Both the position numbers and the translations under genes were made by a program. A model generated the notes under the pieces. It had not been told where the DNA came from. It saw nothing but the letters and a program-made list of their open reading frames with translations, and made no database searches. Source: Candidatus Altiarchaeia archaeon (lineage in GTDB: Archaea > Altiarchaeota > Altiarchaeia > IMC4 > QMZM01). From it: DNA of 64,000 nt. Below, in pieces: positions 35,637 through 46,900 of the stretch (position 1 is its first letter; every line of letters begins with the position of its first letter). The stretch lies in assembly GCA_049299895.1 (NCBI GenBank), contig JBAQYF010000006.1:29-64028 (forward strand). The letters are read 5' to 3'.

Positions 35637-36623
35637 ATGGCCAAATACCGGGTAGCTGCTTTTTCGGCGACCAAATATGAGATAGCATCGGAGGTCAGGG
35701 ATATTTCCAGTCCGCAGGGGATAAAAGAATTTCTGGGGAAATATTCCGTGACCTGGCTTGACTGCACCAATGCAAGCGTAGCTGAAATAGCGGAAATAGG
35801 GGAGATCTTCGGATTCCACAGGCTCTGTCTTGAGGACTGTTCCAAGTTCCCGCAGAGGCCTAAAGTAAACGACTACGGGGACTATTTTTATATGGTGATA
35901 CGGGAGATAGAGTATCATAAAGACGTGCACTCCCATCAGATCAGCATGTTCGTCGGAAAGAATTATGTCGTGACAATAAGGGAAAAGCAGGACAAACTCC
36001 TTGACTCCCTGTTCGAAAGAATCGCCCAAAAGAGCCCCAGGCTGCAGGACAAAGGCTCGGATTATCTGTGCTATGCCATATCGGATCAGGTGATCGAGGG
36101 ATACGCCCCCATATTGGACATAATAGAAGATGAGATAGAAGCCATAGAAAAAGAGATCCTTGGAACGACTTCGAAGGAGACGCTTAGGAGGATATTCAAG
36201 CTCAAAAAGGACCTCCTGTTGTTGAGGAAGATAATCATACCCACGAGGGAGATGCTCATCTACTTTGAGAGGGAGGATCTCCCGAATATGTCCGACAAGT
36301 CGAGGATATACTTCCGCGACGCGTACGATAACATCGTCGGCAGCATGGAGCTGATAGACACCTACAGGGAGATAACCAGCGGAGTGATAGAGTCTTATCT
36401 TTCTACCTTGTCCAATAACATAAACAGCGTAGTCAAGGTCCTGACGGTGCTTGCGTCCCTCGCTCTTATACCGACGCTGATTGCCAGTATCTACGGCATG
36501 AACGTCGATTTCCCGGAAAAAGACGTGCTCGGAGGCAGGAACACGTATTATCTGGCTTTGACGCTCATGCTGTTAACGACCGGGTTTATGCTCTATTATT
36601 TCAAGAAAAAGGAGTATATTTGA
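35637..36623 (+). CDS. corA: CorA-family Mg2+/Co2+ transporter
   Basis: 328 aa with the YGMNV (GMN) motif between two C-terminal TM helices. Confidence 0.9.
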   Translation: MAKYRVAAFSATKYEIASEVRDISSPQGIKEFLGKYSVTWLDCTNASVAEIAEIGEIFGFHRLCLEDCSKFPQRPKVNDYGDYFYMVIREIEYHKDVHSHQISMFVGKNYVVTIREKQDKLLDSLFERIAQKSPRLQDKGSDYLCYAISDQVIEGYAPILDIIEDEIEAIEKEILGTTSKETLRRIFKLKKDLLLLRKIIIPTREMLIYFEREDLPNMSDKSRIYFRDAYDNIVGSMELIDTYREITSGVIESYLSTLSNNINSVVKVLTVLASLALIPTLIASIYGMNVDFPEKDVLGGRNTYYLALTLMLLTTGFMLYYFKKKEYI

Positions 36624-36626
36624 CGG

Positions 36627-37208
36627 CTACTCTTTTTTTGCCTTGACCCTGGCCGCGACCCATTTTATCGCATCCATCTCCCTTTTTCTCCCGTAGGCTA
36701 AAAGGAACAATAGGAGCAGCACGGACAATACCTCAAGGGGGGTCCTCATGGGGAGAAGGTTTAAAGTGACAATAAGCCAGAAGGCATCCCCGATAACTAC
36801 GCCGATTGCTATGAACAATATGGCCCCGGTCCGTTTGATCTTCAGGACATACGCAAACAGCACGGCCCAGAATATCCCGACAAGGAACGTTAGGACGGAG
36901 AGTGCCAGGTAGAATCCAAGTTGTCCCAGCCTCTGTTCGAATGCTTCCTGTATCTCGTCCCCGAAGCTTATGACGTCCGCGGCCTTCTTGTGGGTTATCT
37001 TCGAGAACTTGCAAAATATCCCCTGCGCATAATATTTCCGGTAGTGGCCCCCGTATTCCAAAGCCCAGAATATGATAGGGAGAGGCGCAATGTATACCAG
37101 GGAGAGATAGACGTATACCCATCCGGGCGTAAGATGCAGCGCGTTCAGGGCGTACGGTATGGCAACGACAGGCCCGAAGAGGTATGCGAGCAGGATGAAA
37201 TTCAACAT
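36627..37208 (-). CDS. Integral membrane protein, function unknown
   Basis: 193 aa with 4-5 hydrophobic spans. No motif recognised. Confidence 0.6.
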   Translation of the reverse strand: MLNFILLAYLFGPVVAIPYALNALHLTPGWVYVYLSLVYIAPLPIIFWALEYGGHYRKYYAQGIFCKFSKITHKKAADVISFGDEIQEAFEQRLGQLGFYLALSVLTFLVGIFWAVLFAYVLKIKRTGAILFIAIGVVIGDAFWLIVTLNLLPMRTPLEVLSVLLLLFLLAYGRKREMDAIKWVAARVKAKKE

Positions 37209-37212
37209 AACA

Positions 37213-38058
37213 CTACCCCTGTCCCAGAAGCATGAATGGGATGCCCAATACCAGACCGAATACCCGGTTTAGTACGAGCTTCAGCCAGCCCAGGTATGGG
37301 ACGCGTATCCATCCCCTTGCCAGTATCTGCTGGTCGGTGACCGGCAATATTCCCCCGCATTGATCCGTGCCCCGGTTGTTGTCCCCCTTTGTGATATACA
37401 GCCGGAAGCTGTCTCCAGAGGGGAAGCTTCTGTACGCGCACCCACTGGATCCTTTCTGGCAGCTCTTTATATAGGGTATGAATTTTGATTCGAAATCCTT
37501 TTGCGTGTAGCAGTCAAGCGTCCCTGAAACGTCGTATACCCTGCCTTCGCGCACGTCTACTACGCCCACGACCCGGTGGATGATGGGTTCGCTGCCGGAA
37601 ACCCTCCGGTCCCGGACATATATCACGACGTCGCCCACTTTTGTCTGCTGGAATATGGGAAGGACCGTTCCTGCTCCGTCGGGGGTTATGACGAGGACCA
37701 TGTCGCCCACCGAGAAACCGCTTTTCAGGGGGAACTTGTCGATGTCCGCTTCCGGTATCTTATCCGCCACCCAGTTACGCCAGTTATTGCCTGAATCATA
37801 TTTGCAGCGGCCTTCCAGGAGCACGGGCCAGACGGATTCTGCGAACCTGTAACTTATGGAGCCGATGACGTCGTCTTCGTGTATCATGCTGCATGAGACG
37901 ACGGCAACTATCGGAACGGGCATGTGGGCGCCGAGCAAAAGCTGTAGTACTGTGAGTATGATCAGAAGTGTGAGCAGTACTTCGAGTATCTCCCTCCAGA
38001 GCGGCTTGGAATCATCATCCGCATCCGAGTCATTCAAGTAATCTCCCAAGCCTTTCAT
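37213..38058 (-). CDS. Signal peptidase I, archaeal S26B/Sec11-type (paralogue 1)
   Basis: N-terminal TM, then VVSCSMIHEDD (Ser box), GDMVLVITP, EPIIHRVVGVV (His box), ITKGDNN..D. It carries a Cys-containing insertion before the GDNN box. Confidence 0.7.
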   Translation of the reverse strand: MKGLGDYLNDSDADDDSKPLWREILEVLLTLLIILTVLQLLLGAHMPVPIVAVVSCSMIHEDDVIGSISYRFAESVWPVLLEGRCKYDSGNNWRNWVADKIPEADIDKFPLKSGFSVGDMVLVITPDGAGTVLPIFQQTKVGDVVIYVRDRRVSGSEPIIHRVVGVVDVREGRVYDVSGTLDCYTQKDFESKFIPYIKSCQKGSSGCAYRSFPSGDSFRLYITKGDNNRGTDQCGGILPVTDQQILARGWIRVPYLGWLKLVLNRVFGLVLGIPFMLLGQG

Positions 38059-38120
38059 CTTATGCCGTGTAAAGAGAACGATATAATCTATTAGTCAGCC
38101 CCTCATAAAAAGAAAAGAGC

Positions 38121-38996
38121 CTAGAAGAGGTTTGGAACACCCAGCAATCCGAGGAATCGTCCCAGGATTATCTTGAACCATCCTACGTAGGGGATGCGCC
38201 AAAAGCCCCGCGCAACCACTTGCGCGTCCGTTACAGGGAGCATGCTACGGTAATAGCCGCCCCTGCACTGGTCCGATACCTGGTTATTGTCTCCTTTCGT
38301 TATGTAAAAGGAGTAGTTTGCGCCCTTGGGGTAATCCCTGTACGGGCAGCTTGCTTTTCCTTCCTGGCAGGACGAAACATATGGGATGAACGTATTCTGG
38401 AAGTTCTCTTTTGTAAAACAGTCAAGCGTCCCCTCGACGCTGGAAACATTGCCTCCGGAAACTTTGACCAGGCCGACCACCCGGTGTATTATCGGCTCAT
38501 TTGCTACCGCATTCTTGTCTATCCTGTAGATGACAACGTCGCCTAATCTTGGCGCAGAGAACAGGGGGATTATCGTTCCAGTCCCGTCGGGAGTTATGAC
38601 GAGTATCATATCCCCCACAGAAAAGCCGCTCTTCAGGGGGAAGGAATCTATGTTTGCGCCAGGCACCCGATTGGTTATCCAGTCACGCCAGCCGGAACTT
38701 GCGTCATAGCCGCAGGGACCGTCCAGGAGAACTGGCCAGACCAGTTGGGAGATCCCCTGGGAGACTGCGCCGATCACGTCGTCCTGGTGCAGCATGCTGC
38801 ATGAGACGACGGCGACCAGGGGAACCGTCATGTGCGCACCGAAGAGGAGTTGTAGGACGATTATGATTACTGCCAGGGTCGCAAGAACCTCTAAGATGTC
38901 CCTCCACCAGGGCATGTCTTTTTCTTCTTTTTTTGCAGGGGGTTTTTCTTCCTTCCCGGCGCGCGCGCCGCCCTTTTTCTTCTTCATTGACGCCAC
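38121..38996 (-). CDS. Signal peptidase I, archaeal S26B/Sec11-type (paralogue 2)
   Basis: Same box order: VVSCSMLHQDD, GDMILVITP, EPIIHRVVGLV, ITKGDNN..D. It is tandem to paralogue 1. Confidence 0.7.
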   Translation of the reverse strand: MASMKKKKGGARAGKEEKPPAKKEEKDMPWWRDILEVLATLAVIIIVLQLLFGAHMTVPLVAVVSCSMLHQDDVIGAVSQGISQLVWPVLLDGPCGYDASSGWRDWITNRVPGANIDSFPLKSGFSVGDMILVITPDGTGTIIPLFSAPRLGDVVIYRIDKNAVANEPIIHRVVGLVKVSGGNVSSVEGTLDCFTKENFQNTFIPYVSSCQEGKASCPYRDYPKGANYSFYITKGDNNQVSDQCRGGYYRSMLPVTDAQVVARGFWRIPYVGWFKIILGRFLGLLGVPNLF

Positions 38997-39057
38997 AATC
39001 CTACCGCACCTATTTATGAATTTGAATAATGAATATATTATAAGCCAACGGCAATAA

Positions 39058-40206
39058 ATGAGGGAAATGATGGATTATGCACCTAGGATGTCCCGGATAA
39101 AAGAATCAACGACCTTCAAATACTCTGCGCTCGCAAGAAAACCGGGGGTAATAGACCTCACCATAGGCAGGACAAATTTCGACACCCCTAAAGCGATAAA
39201 GGATGCCGCAAAGAGGGCGCTGGACGAAGGCAAAGTCAACTACACGCCGACAAAAGGCATACCTGAGCTCCGGGAGAGGATAGCAGAAAAGCTGCGCGAC
39301 GTAAACGGCATGCAGGGCATAGACAAGGAGAACGTCCTAGTATCCGCGGGCGCAAAGCAGCTCATATTCGAAGCGGTCCTCGCAATCGTCGGGGAAGGAG
39401 ACACCGTCGCGATACCCGACCCCTCCTGGGTAAGCTACGAATCGATAGTCGAGTTCGCGGGAGGAAAGATCGCCTGGCTCCCGCTTAACCCGGAACGAGG
39501 ATTTATCCCGCAGGAAAACTTTCTCTCAGCGCTCGAAAACTCCAAGCCCAAACTGATATTCCTTAATTCTCCCAGCAACCCGACAGGGGCAGTATACCCC
39601 CAGAAAGTCATCAGGCAGATAGTGGACATCGCCGAAAGAAAACAATCCTGGCTGTTATCCGACGAGATATACGAAGAGATCATATACGAAGGAGAGCACT
39701 ACTCGGCAGGCAGCATATCGGATAAATGCATCGTCATAAACGGCTACTCCAAGAACTGCTCCATGACGGGCTGGCGCCTCGGGTACGCCGCATCAAAGAA
39801 CAAGGAAGTTTTGGAGAAGATGAACGCGATACAGGAGCAGTCGGTATCCTGCGCAACCTCCTTCGTACAGTACGGAGGCATCGCCGCATACACCAGGGAA
39901 GCGCGCAAAGAGACGCTTGCGATGAGGGAGGAACTGCGCAAGAGAAGGGACCACCTGACGCAGCGCCTGTCCGGGATAGAGAACTGCATATGCATAAAGC
40001 CCTCGGGCGCATTCTATGTGTTCCCGTGCTTCGGAGACGTCGACGATGTCAAACTTGCGGACCGACTGATAGACGCGGGCGTCGCAACCGTTCCAGGCAG
40101 CCCGTTCGGCACAAAGGGCAGGGGATGCCTCAGGCTCTCATACGGAGCCTCCGACATAGGACAGATAGACGAAGCGATAGAGCGGATGAAAAAAGTCATA
40201 CACTGA
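39058..40206 (+). CDS. Class I/II PLP-dependent aminotransferase (aspartate aminotransferase-like)
   Basis: ..NSPSNPTGAVY.., ..SDEIYEEI.., ..YSKNCSMTGWRLGY (PLP-Lys), ..RLSY.. Confidence 0.9.
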   Translation: MREMMDYAPRMSRIKESTTFKYSALARKPGVIDLTIGRTNFDTPKAIKDAAKRALDEGKVNYTPTKGIPELRERIAEKLRDVNGMQGIDKENVLVSAGAKQLIFEAVLAIVGEGDTVAIPDPSWVSYESIVEFAGGKIAWLPLNPERGFIPQENFLSALENSKPKLIFLNSPSNPTGAVYPQKVIRQIVDIAERKQSWLLSDEIYEEIIYEGEHYSAGSISDKCIVINGYSKNCSMTGWRLGYAASKNKEVLEKMNAIQEQSVSCATSFVQYGGIAAYTREARKETLAMREELRKRRDHLTQRLSGIENCICIKPSGAFYVFPCFGDVDDVKLADRLIDAGVATVPGSPFGTKGRGCLRLSYGASDIGQIDEAIERMKKVIH

Positions 40207-40210
40207 AAGG

Positions 40211-40897
40211 ATGGATCTATTCTCGGACGAATTACTCAAGAACATCGGGCTTGTGTCGGTAATAACCGTCGTATCGTTAATAGCCCTGCTTGTTATAGCC
40301 CTCGTCCTGACTTACCTCATGTTCCGGAACACAAAGATCATAAAGTTCATAAACAACCGGGTAAGCAGCATCGTCCTAAAAATCCTTCTGACGATACAGG
40401 ACCTGTTATACATGCCGGCAAAGAAGATAATAATCATGGCCGGCGGAAACGACATGATGATAGATGCGGTCGGGACCGAGATGAGGAACATCCTCTTCAA
40501 GAACGCGTTCTCCCAAGTACCGTACAGCGAGCGCATAATAGTGATACCTCAATGCCTGCGTAGCATGGAATGCCCGGCCAAGTTCAACTCGGTCGAAGGC
40601 GCAAGATGCCTGGAATGCGGGAAGTGCAAGATAAAGGAGATATCAAAGAAAGCAAAAGAGCTCGGCTACATCGGAACATTCATCGCCCCGGGCAGCAGCT
40701 TTATCACGAGGATAGTAAAGAAGACCAAACCAAAAGCCTTGATAGGACTGGGCTGCCCCTACGAAGTGAACCTCGGGCTTCTGGCGGTTTCGAGCAAAGG
40801 TATACCATGCCAGGGCGTGACGCTCCTGACGAACGGCTGCGTGACGACGGACGTGGATTTGAATGCAGTGTTTGAGACGATGGAATTGTTGAAGTGA
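40211..40897 (+). CDS. DUF116-family protein
   Basis: N-terminal TM plus ..IVIPQCLRSMECPAKFNSVEGARCLECGKCKI....GLGCPYEV.., the Cys pattern I associate with DUF116/COG1852. Confidence 0.65.
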   Translation: MDLFSDELLKNIGLVSVITVVSLIALLVIALVLTYLMFRNTKIIKFINNRVSSIVLKILLTIQDLLYMPAKKIIIMAGGNDMMIDAVGTEMRNILFKNAFSQVPYSERIIVIPQCLRSMECPAKFNSVEGARCLECGKCKIKEISKKAKELGYIGTFIAPGSSFITRIVKKTKPKALIGLGCPYEVNLGLLAVSSKGIPCQGVTLLTNGCVTTDVDLNAVFETMELLK

Positions 40898-40911
40898 ATG
40901 ATTATCGTTCC

Positions 40912-43900
40912 CTATAGTGCCTGTTTTCTTCCAATATCATCCACCATCGAAGCATCCATTCCCTTCTCTTTTAGCTGCTTTTTGAGGTCTTCCGGTTTCT
41001 TTCCTGCCTTCAATTCCCGGGTTATCCATTCAATGACCTCTTTTTTTCCTTCTATCTTCCAGTATTTGCTGCCCAGCCTACGCATGATCTGTTTCAGGTG
41101 GTCTTGTTCGATGACAAGCTCTCTTTCGTTGTCGAGGACGACTTTTCTTGCATCTTCTTCCGAGAGCTTGCGGCTGTAGTATTCCTGCATCACGTTCTTT
41201 TTTACGTCTTTTAAGCCGTCGATGTGCAGCAGCACTTTCTCGTATTCTCTTTGGATGGCTGCTTTCTGCCTCATTCTTTCAAGGTAAAAGAAAGACAGGA
41301 CCGCAATCAAAAAGAGCGCCACGACCGCCGCCGTCCCCTGCATCAGGTTGCGCTCTGTCAGCAGTGCCTGCGGGGAGGTTACTTCGTCGCCTGATATCTT
41401 CGCTTTTGACGCGCCCGCATTCCCGAACCGGTCTGCCACCGAGACGTATATCTTTGAGTCGCTTAGGCGGAAGGAGTAGTTACCTATGTAGGTATCACCC
41501 ATCTTCCTGAAGAACACGTCACTTTCCTGGACGGTTCCCGTTATGCCTTCATCAGATATCCCGCTTCCATCGGGGTATGCAACTCGCAGCAGTATTACTC
41601 CAGCCTTCGAAAGATTCTCGCCATTCTTCGGAGACAATATCTCGATTAACAGCTCGTGCGATAGATCGAATCCCAGGTCTTTAACGCTGCTCTGTTTTTT
41701 CCCGTCCATGTTCCCGGTACCGTATAGTATGAGAGGTATGTGAGTTCTGGCTTTTTCAGGTATGACGTAGGTCAATAAATAGTTCTTCCCGGACCTCTTG
41801 AAGGAGTATTTGTTATTGGTCCATTCCTCGTACAGGACCAGGTCGCCCTCGTCCAATTGCTTGCCGCCTGAATCGAATGAAACGGAGAAGTCCACTACCT
41901 GGCCGTACGCAAAAGTCCTTCCAACCGGCGACTGTACTATGATGCGCAGGTCCGTTTCCTTTGGGACGAGTATGAGCTTTTTCACGCTTCCTGCGCTATT
42001 GCCCCCGTAATCGGACGCATTGACAAACAAGTCTATGAAGTCCCCCTCGCCGTTCAAAAGGGCGTAATCCAGGCGTGCATAGTATTTCCCGGCAACCTGT
42101 TCCTCAAAAGAAAGAGACACGTTCCGCCTCCCTGAAAGCATCCCGGTAACATGCGCGCCACCGATTCCTGAGCCGTTGGAGTAGTAAACCGAGACGCTTA
42201 TACCGGATAAAACGTCTCCTATCTGGTATCTTTCCTTTTGAGGATCCGCCGAGATGTCCACATAGACGGCAAGAGGAGATACGTAAACCATCCGGCTATC
42301 CCGGTCTTTTCCGCCCAGTTCATCCACCAGGGAAAGGGTCGCCTTGTATGTTCCAGACATAGTATATGCGTGCCCTACTATCACGCCCACTGCAGAAGAT
42401 CCGTCTCCGAAGTCCCAGAGGAATTGCGAGTTGTTTGACCTAATGGATCCTTCTCCGTTGAAGAATATCGGCGCCCCGACTGTTGAAGTATACGGACCTC
42501 CCGCATCTGCGAGCGGATCCGCCCTTATTCCGGGAATAGTCGTAGATACCGTTTCTCCGCCGGTATCATGATTATCATGGTCCCGTCCGGGGATGGTCGT
42601 TTGCGACCCGGGGCTTGTTGAATCCGTTATATCCCTCCCGGCAGAGGGCAGCGTAGTGGGGGAAATAATCGACGTCCCTACGGCGTATTCAGTTGTGGGC
42701 GTTGTCGACGATGCGCCCTCTATGGTCGTACCGGTTACAAGAGTGGTCGTTACCGCGTATTCTGTAGTGGAAGGAAAAGAGATGAGCGTTGTTCCAGGTA
42801 TGGTCGTTACCGGTGCGGTAGTAACCGGGGAAAACGTAGTGGGGAACATTGTAGAAGACACAGCCGCAGTTGTCTGGGGGGACGTAGTCGCAGGGGACTG
42901 CGTGGTTGTGGGCGCCTTTGTAGTGGGTGCCTGCGTATCTTCATCGTCCTCGTCGTCGCTTGAGCCGGAGTGATGATATGCTCTTGTCGTCGTAGTGGTC
43001 GAGGTAGTCCTCACGGTGAATATACCGTCATCCAGAGAGGCAACATTCCCTGCGGAATCGTTGACCAGGCACATGAGAGAATAATTGCCTGCAAGACCCG
43101 AAGTGTCCAGGTCGTACCAGTAGGAGTTCCCGGATCTTTCCGAATAGACGTAATCGACAGCTTCGTTTATTCTGAAAAATGCCGTATCCAGGGAGTATGT
43201 CCCGGCGGAATTTTCCTGGCTTAAGCGCAGGTATTCGCCGCGGTAAATGCTCGATGCATTGGCGCTGCATATGGATATTAACGGAAGGATCGTGGTCGTA
43301 GTGGTCGAGGAGGTGGTCGAGGACGAGGACGTGGTCGAGGACGTGGAAGAAGTAGTAGTCGACGTTGTCGTCGGCTCGGTGGCTGGAGGGGAGGTAGTCG
43401 TGGTCGTAGTTGCCGCGGTAGTTGCCACGATAAACACACCATCTGCGAGGTAAGCCATATTGCCGCCAGTATCGTTGACGTAGCACGAGAGTGAGTATTT
43501 GCCGAGCATTCCGAAAGTATTCATATGGTATAGATAACGGTTCCCGTCATTGGTTGAATAAGTATAATTCGTATGGTTCACGCTGTTATTGACTGCGAAA
43601 AACGCCGTGTCGATAGGCGAGGTACCATTAGTGGCATTCTGCATGAGCTGTATAAATATCCCCGGAGTAACAGTAGACTCGTTCACGCCACAGTATTCTA
43701 CCAGGGGGAGGATAGTCGTAGTTGTCGTTGTCGACGTGGTAGTGGTCGTAGCGGCAATAGAGATAATCCTGGACGCGCTTGTATTCCAGGCAGTATTCGC
43801 AGAGCAGTTGACGAGCCAGTAATACGTTCCCTGGGACAGCGGAGCAGGCACTATTTGCGTCAGAGTATCGTTCAAAGATGTGGAATTGCCCCCTTTTTGC

Positions 43901-46900
43901 GAGCCGTTCAACAGCAGGATGCAGTCATATGACGTATTCATCCCGACGACTATGTAGCTGAAAGCAGGAGTATTGTTGGTCGTAGAGGACAACGCGGGAG
44001 GTGAATACAGCGTAACGTAGAATTCCGGGAGAGACGTCGAGGTGGTCGACGCGGTCGTAGTGGTCGTTGTGGTTAAAACAGTAAATAGTCCCCCGGGGAG
44101 CGATGCAAGATTGTTATTCGTGTCGTTCACATAGCAGGTGAGATTGTAATCGCCCGATAGGCCGGATGTGTCCAGGTCGTACCAGTACATGCTGCCGAGG
44201 CTGTCATTATACGTGTAGTTCTGGGATCCGTTGACGTCGAATAATATCTGGTCGAGGGAGTAGTCCCCGGCGCTGACGTTCTGTTTTAGCCTCAACGCAT
44301 TTCCCTGGCTAACGGATAACTCGTCCGCAAGACAGTAAGTGATCGACGGGGGAATGATTGTGGTCGACGTTGTCGTCGACGTGGTTGTTGTGGTCGTAGT
44401 CGACGTCGAGGTGGTCCGTACGGTAAACGAACCTCCTCCCAGAGAAACAACATGGCCCAGGGCATCGGTCGAATAGCACGTCAGGGAGACGTTCCCGGAC
44501 AGGTTTGTAGTATCCAGATCGTACCAGTACGCACGGGTATTGCTGGCTATGTAGGCAGAGTCTGCGGATGTGCGGTTATCGGTTCCGTTTATTTCGAAAA
44601 CCGCGGAAACCATTGGCGGGTCTGGCGTAACATTCTGACTCAGGTTGACGGCATCGCCCCTGTATACTATTGCAGGGCTTGCCGCGCAGGATAATATCAC
44701 TGGCAGGGTGGTTGTGGTCGACGTTGTCGTAGAACTGCTGCTCGAACTGGAAGAAGAACTACTGCTCGAACTGCTCGAAGAAGAACTGCTGCTGGTAAAA
44801 CGCACCATAAAATGCGTAGCCGACGTATTGGTTATCAACGCGGCAGAATCATTGGCGTAAACAACAGTGTAATAATCTCCATCGCTCAGATTAAGGGTAA
44901 TATTAAAGCATCCGGGAAGAGAAAGGCCCACGCTACCGTTCAGGTCATACCAGCAGGAATCTATCGACCCGGTACCATTGAGAACAGTATAATTCAAACT
45001 GATATTGGCAGCATAATAAGTCTGATTCAAAGGACTCTCCATACGGATAACAGGCGCAAAAGTAGTCGTAGTCGTAGAACTACTGCTCGAACTGGAAGAA
45101 GAACTACTGCTCGAACTGCTCGAAGAACTGGAACTGCTCGTAAACATAACCTCAAAATATGCAGTACTCGTATTTGTAACAAGCTCGGCCGAATCATTAG
45201 CGTAAACTATTGCATAATACGCACCATCACTCAAATTAAGGGTAATATTAAAACATCCGGGAAGAGAAAAATTAGCATCGCTGTTCAGATTATACCAACA
45301 CGTATCCAGGTCCGCCGTTCCAGGCGTTACTGTATAGTTGAGACTTATATTGGCCGCATAATATGTCTGGTTCAACGGACTATGCAGTGAGACATAAGGC
45401 GCAAGAGTCGTCGTAGTGGTAGTGGTTGTAGTGGTCGTTGTTACGATGCTGAAGTTGCCGGAGGTGTAATAGACAGAGTTATTGCCACTGTCGTTCGCCC
45501 AGCACTTCAGAGTGTAATTCCCCGTACCCATAGAAGAAGTATTAAAGGACAAGTTATAGAAAGTCCCGTTCCCGCCAGATGCCGAATAATTCGTGCCGTT
45601 AAACTCGAACAAGGCAGTAACAATATTAAACGACCCGGGAGTCACGCTCTGATTGAACGTGATATTCCAGCTTCTCATGACAGATGCATTGTCAAATACG
45701 CAAGAGGTTATATCAGGCCGGGTAAGAACCGAGAAATTACTATCATCCATCAAAGCAAGGTATCCCCTGGAATCGTTCACATAACAGCGCAGGGAATAAT
45801 TACCCCCCGAAAAATCAGTAGTATCTAGGTCATACCAGTAGGAATGGTTATCGCCGGACAGAGGAGAATAATTGCCGTGGCTGTAATTCATACTGCTATC
45901 GGAATTCAACTCAAAAAACGCATTAACCAGCGGATAAGTACCATTCGACACATTCAAGGCAACCCGTATGGATTCACCCGGGTAAACGTCTGATACATTG
46001 CTACCACAATTGTACACGACCGGGAGAATCGTTGGCAGTACTATTTTGTATGTGCGCAGGGATGTAGAATTCCAGTTGCCGGAGGTGTCGTTTATGAACG
46101 CCCTCACTGTGTAGTTCCCAAGGACTAGACCGGTCTTGTTCTCCCAGAAATATATTCCGTCATTATTGTCGAAAGACTCGTTGGTACCGTTCCATTCGAG
46201 GATCACGCTTTCGCGGTTCAGGTCTGTGGCTCTGACATTCACATAGAGGTAGTTGCTAACAAGCGCCCCTTCGGGAGAGGTAGTGGAATTATATGATATC
46301 AACGGTTTAACCGTATCCACAATCACATTCTCGGCGGACGTTGAATTCACATTCCCATAGAGGTCCTGGACATGGGCAGAATAACTGTAAGTACCATCCA
46401 CTATGTCGCTGCTATAGTTCTTATATATCCCGTTCCGGGTGGAATTATAACTGGATAGTCTCTCCTCAGTTGAAAGGACACGATCCCATATACGGACTTC
46501 GTCTATTGAGCCGTTAAAACTGTAAGAAAGATTTGCAACTCCACCAACTATTGGCGCGCCTATGCTAACATGCTGCCCGTTCACTTCAGGGGTAATCGAC
46601 ATATAACCTGCGGATGAATTGAGCACACCGTTGACGTATATGTATAAATAACCCTCTGAAAATATCCCTGCAAGATGCACCCATTCCCCCTTCTTAACGG
46701 CGCGTGTAGTAGACGTCGACATCGAACCGCCTGAGCTGCGCGCGGCCACATATGCAACCCCACTAGAGTCCAGATACAATCCATAGCTCATATATTTCCC
46801 GATTACACTAATCCCCGGCTGGGATTTGGATATTATAACCGAATTGCTATATTGATTGATATTTACCCACGCCTCCAGAGTGAAATATTTCCCCAAATTC

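Noticed and set aside
35403-36029. 208-aa minus-strand ORF spanning the nurA end and the corA start
   Set aside because: It overlaps two well-supported plus-strand genes, has no motif, and would leave no room for either gene.
42593-45390. Val/Arg-rich plus-strand ORFs (e.g. 42593..42973, 43247..43453, 44812..45390) opposite the giant gene
   Set aside because: They are reverse-complement readings of the Thr/Ser-linker and repeat regions (ACN/AGY codons read as Val/Arg-rich strings), so they are not independent genes.
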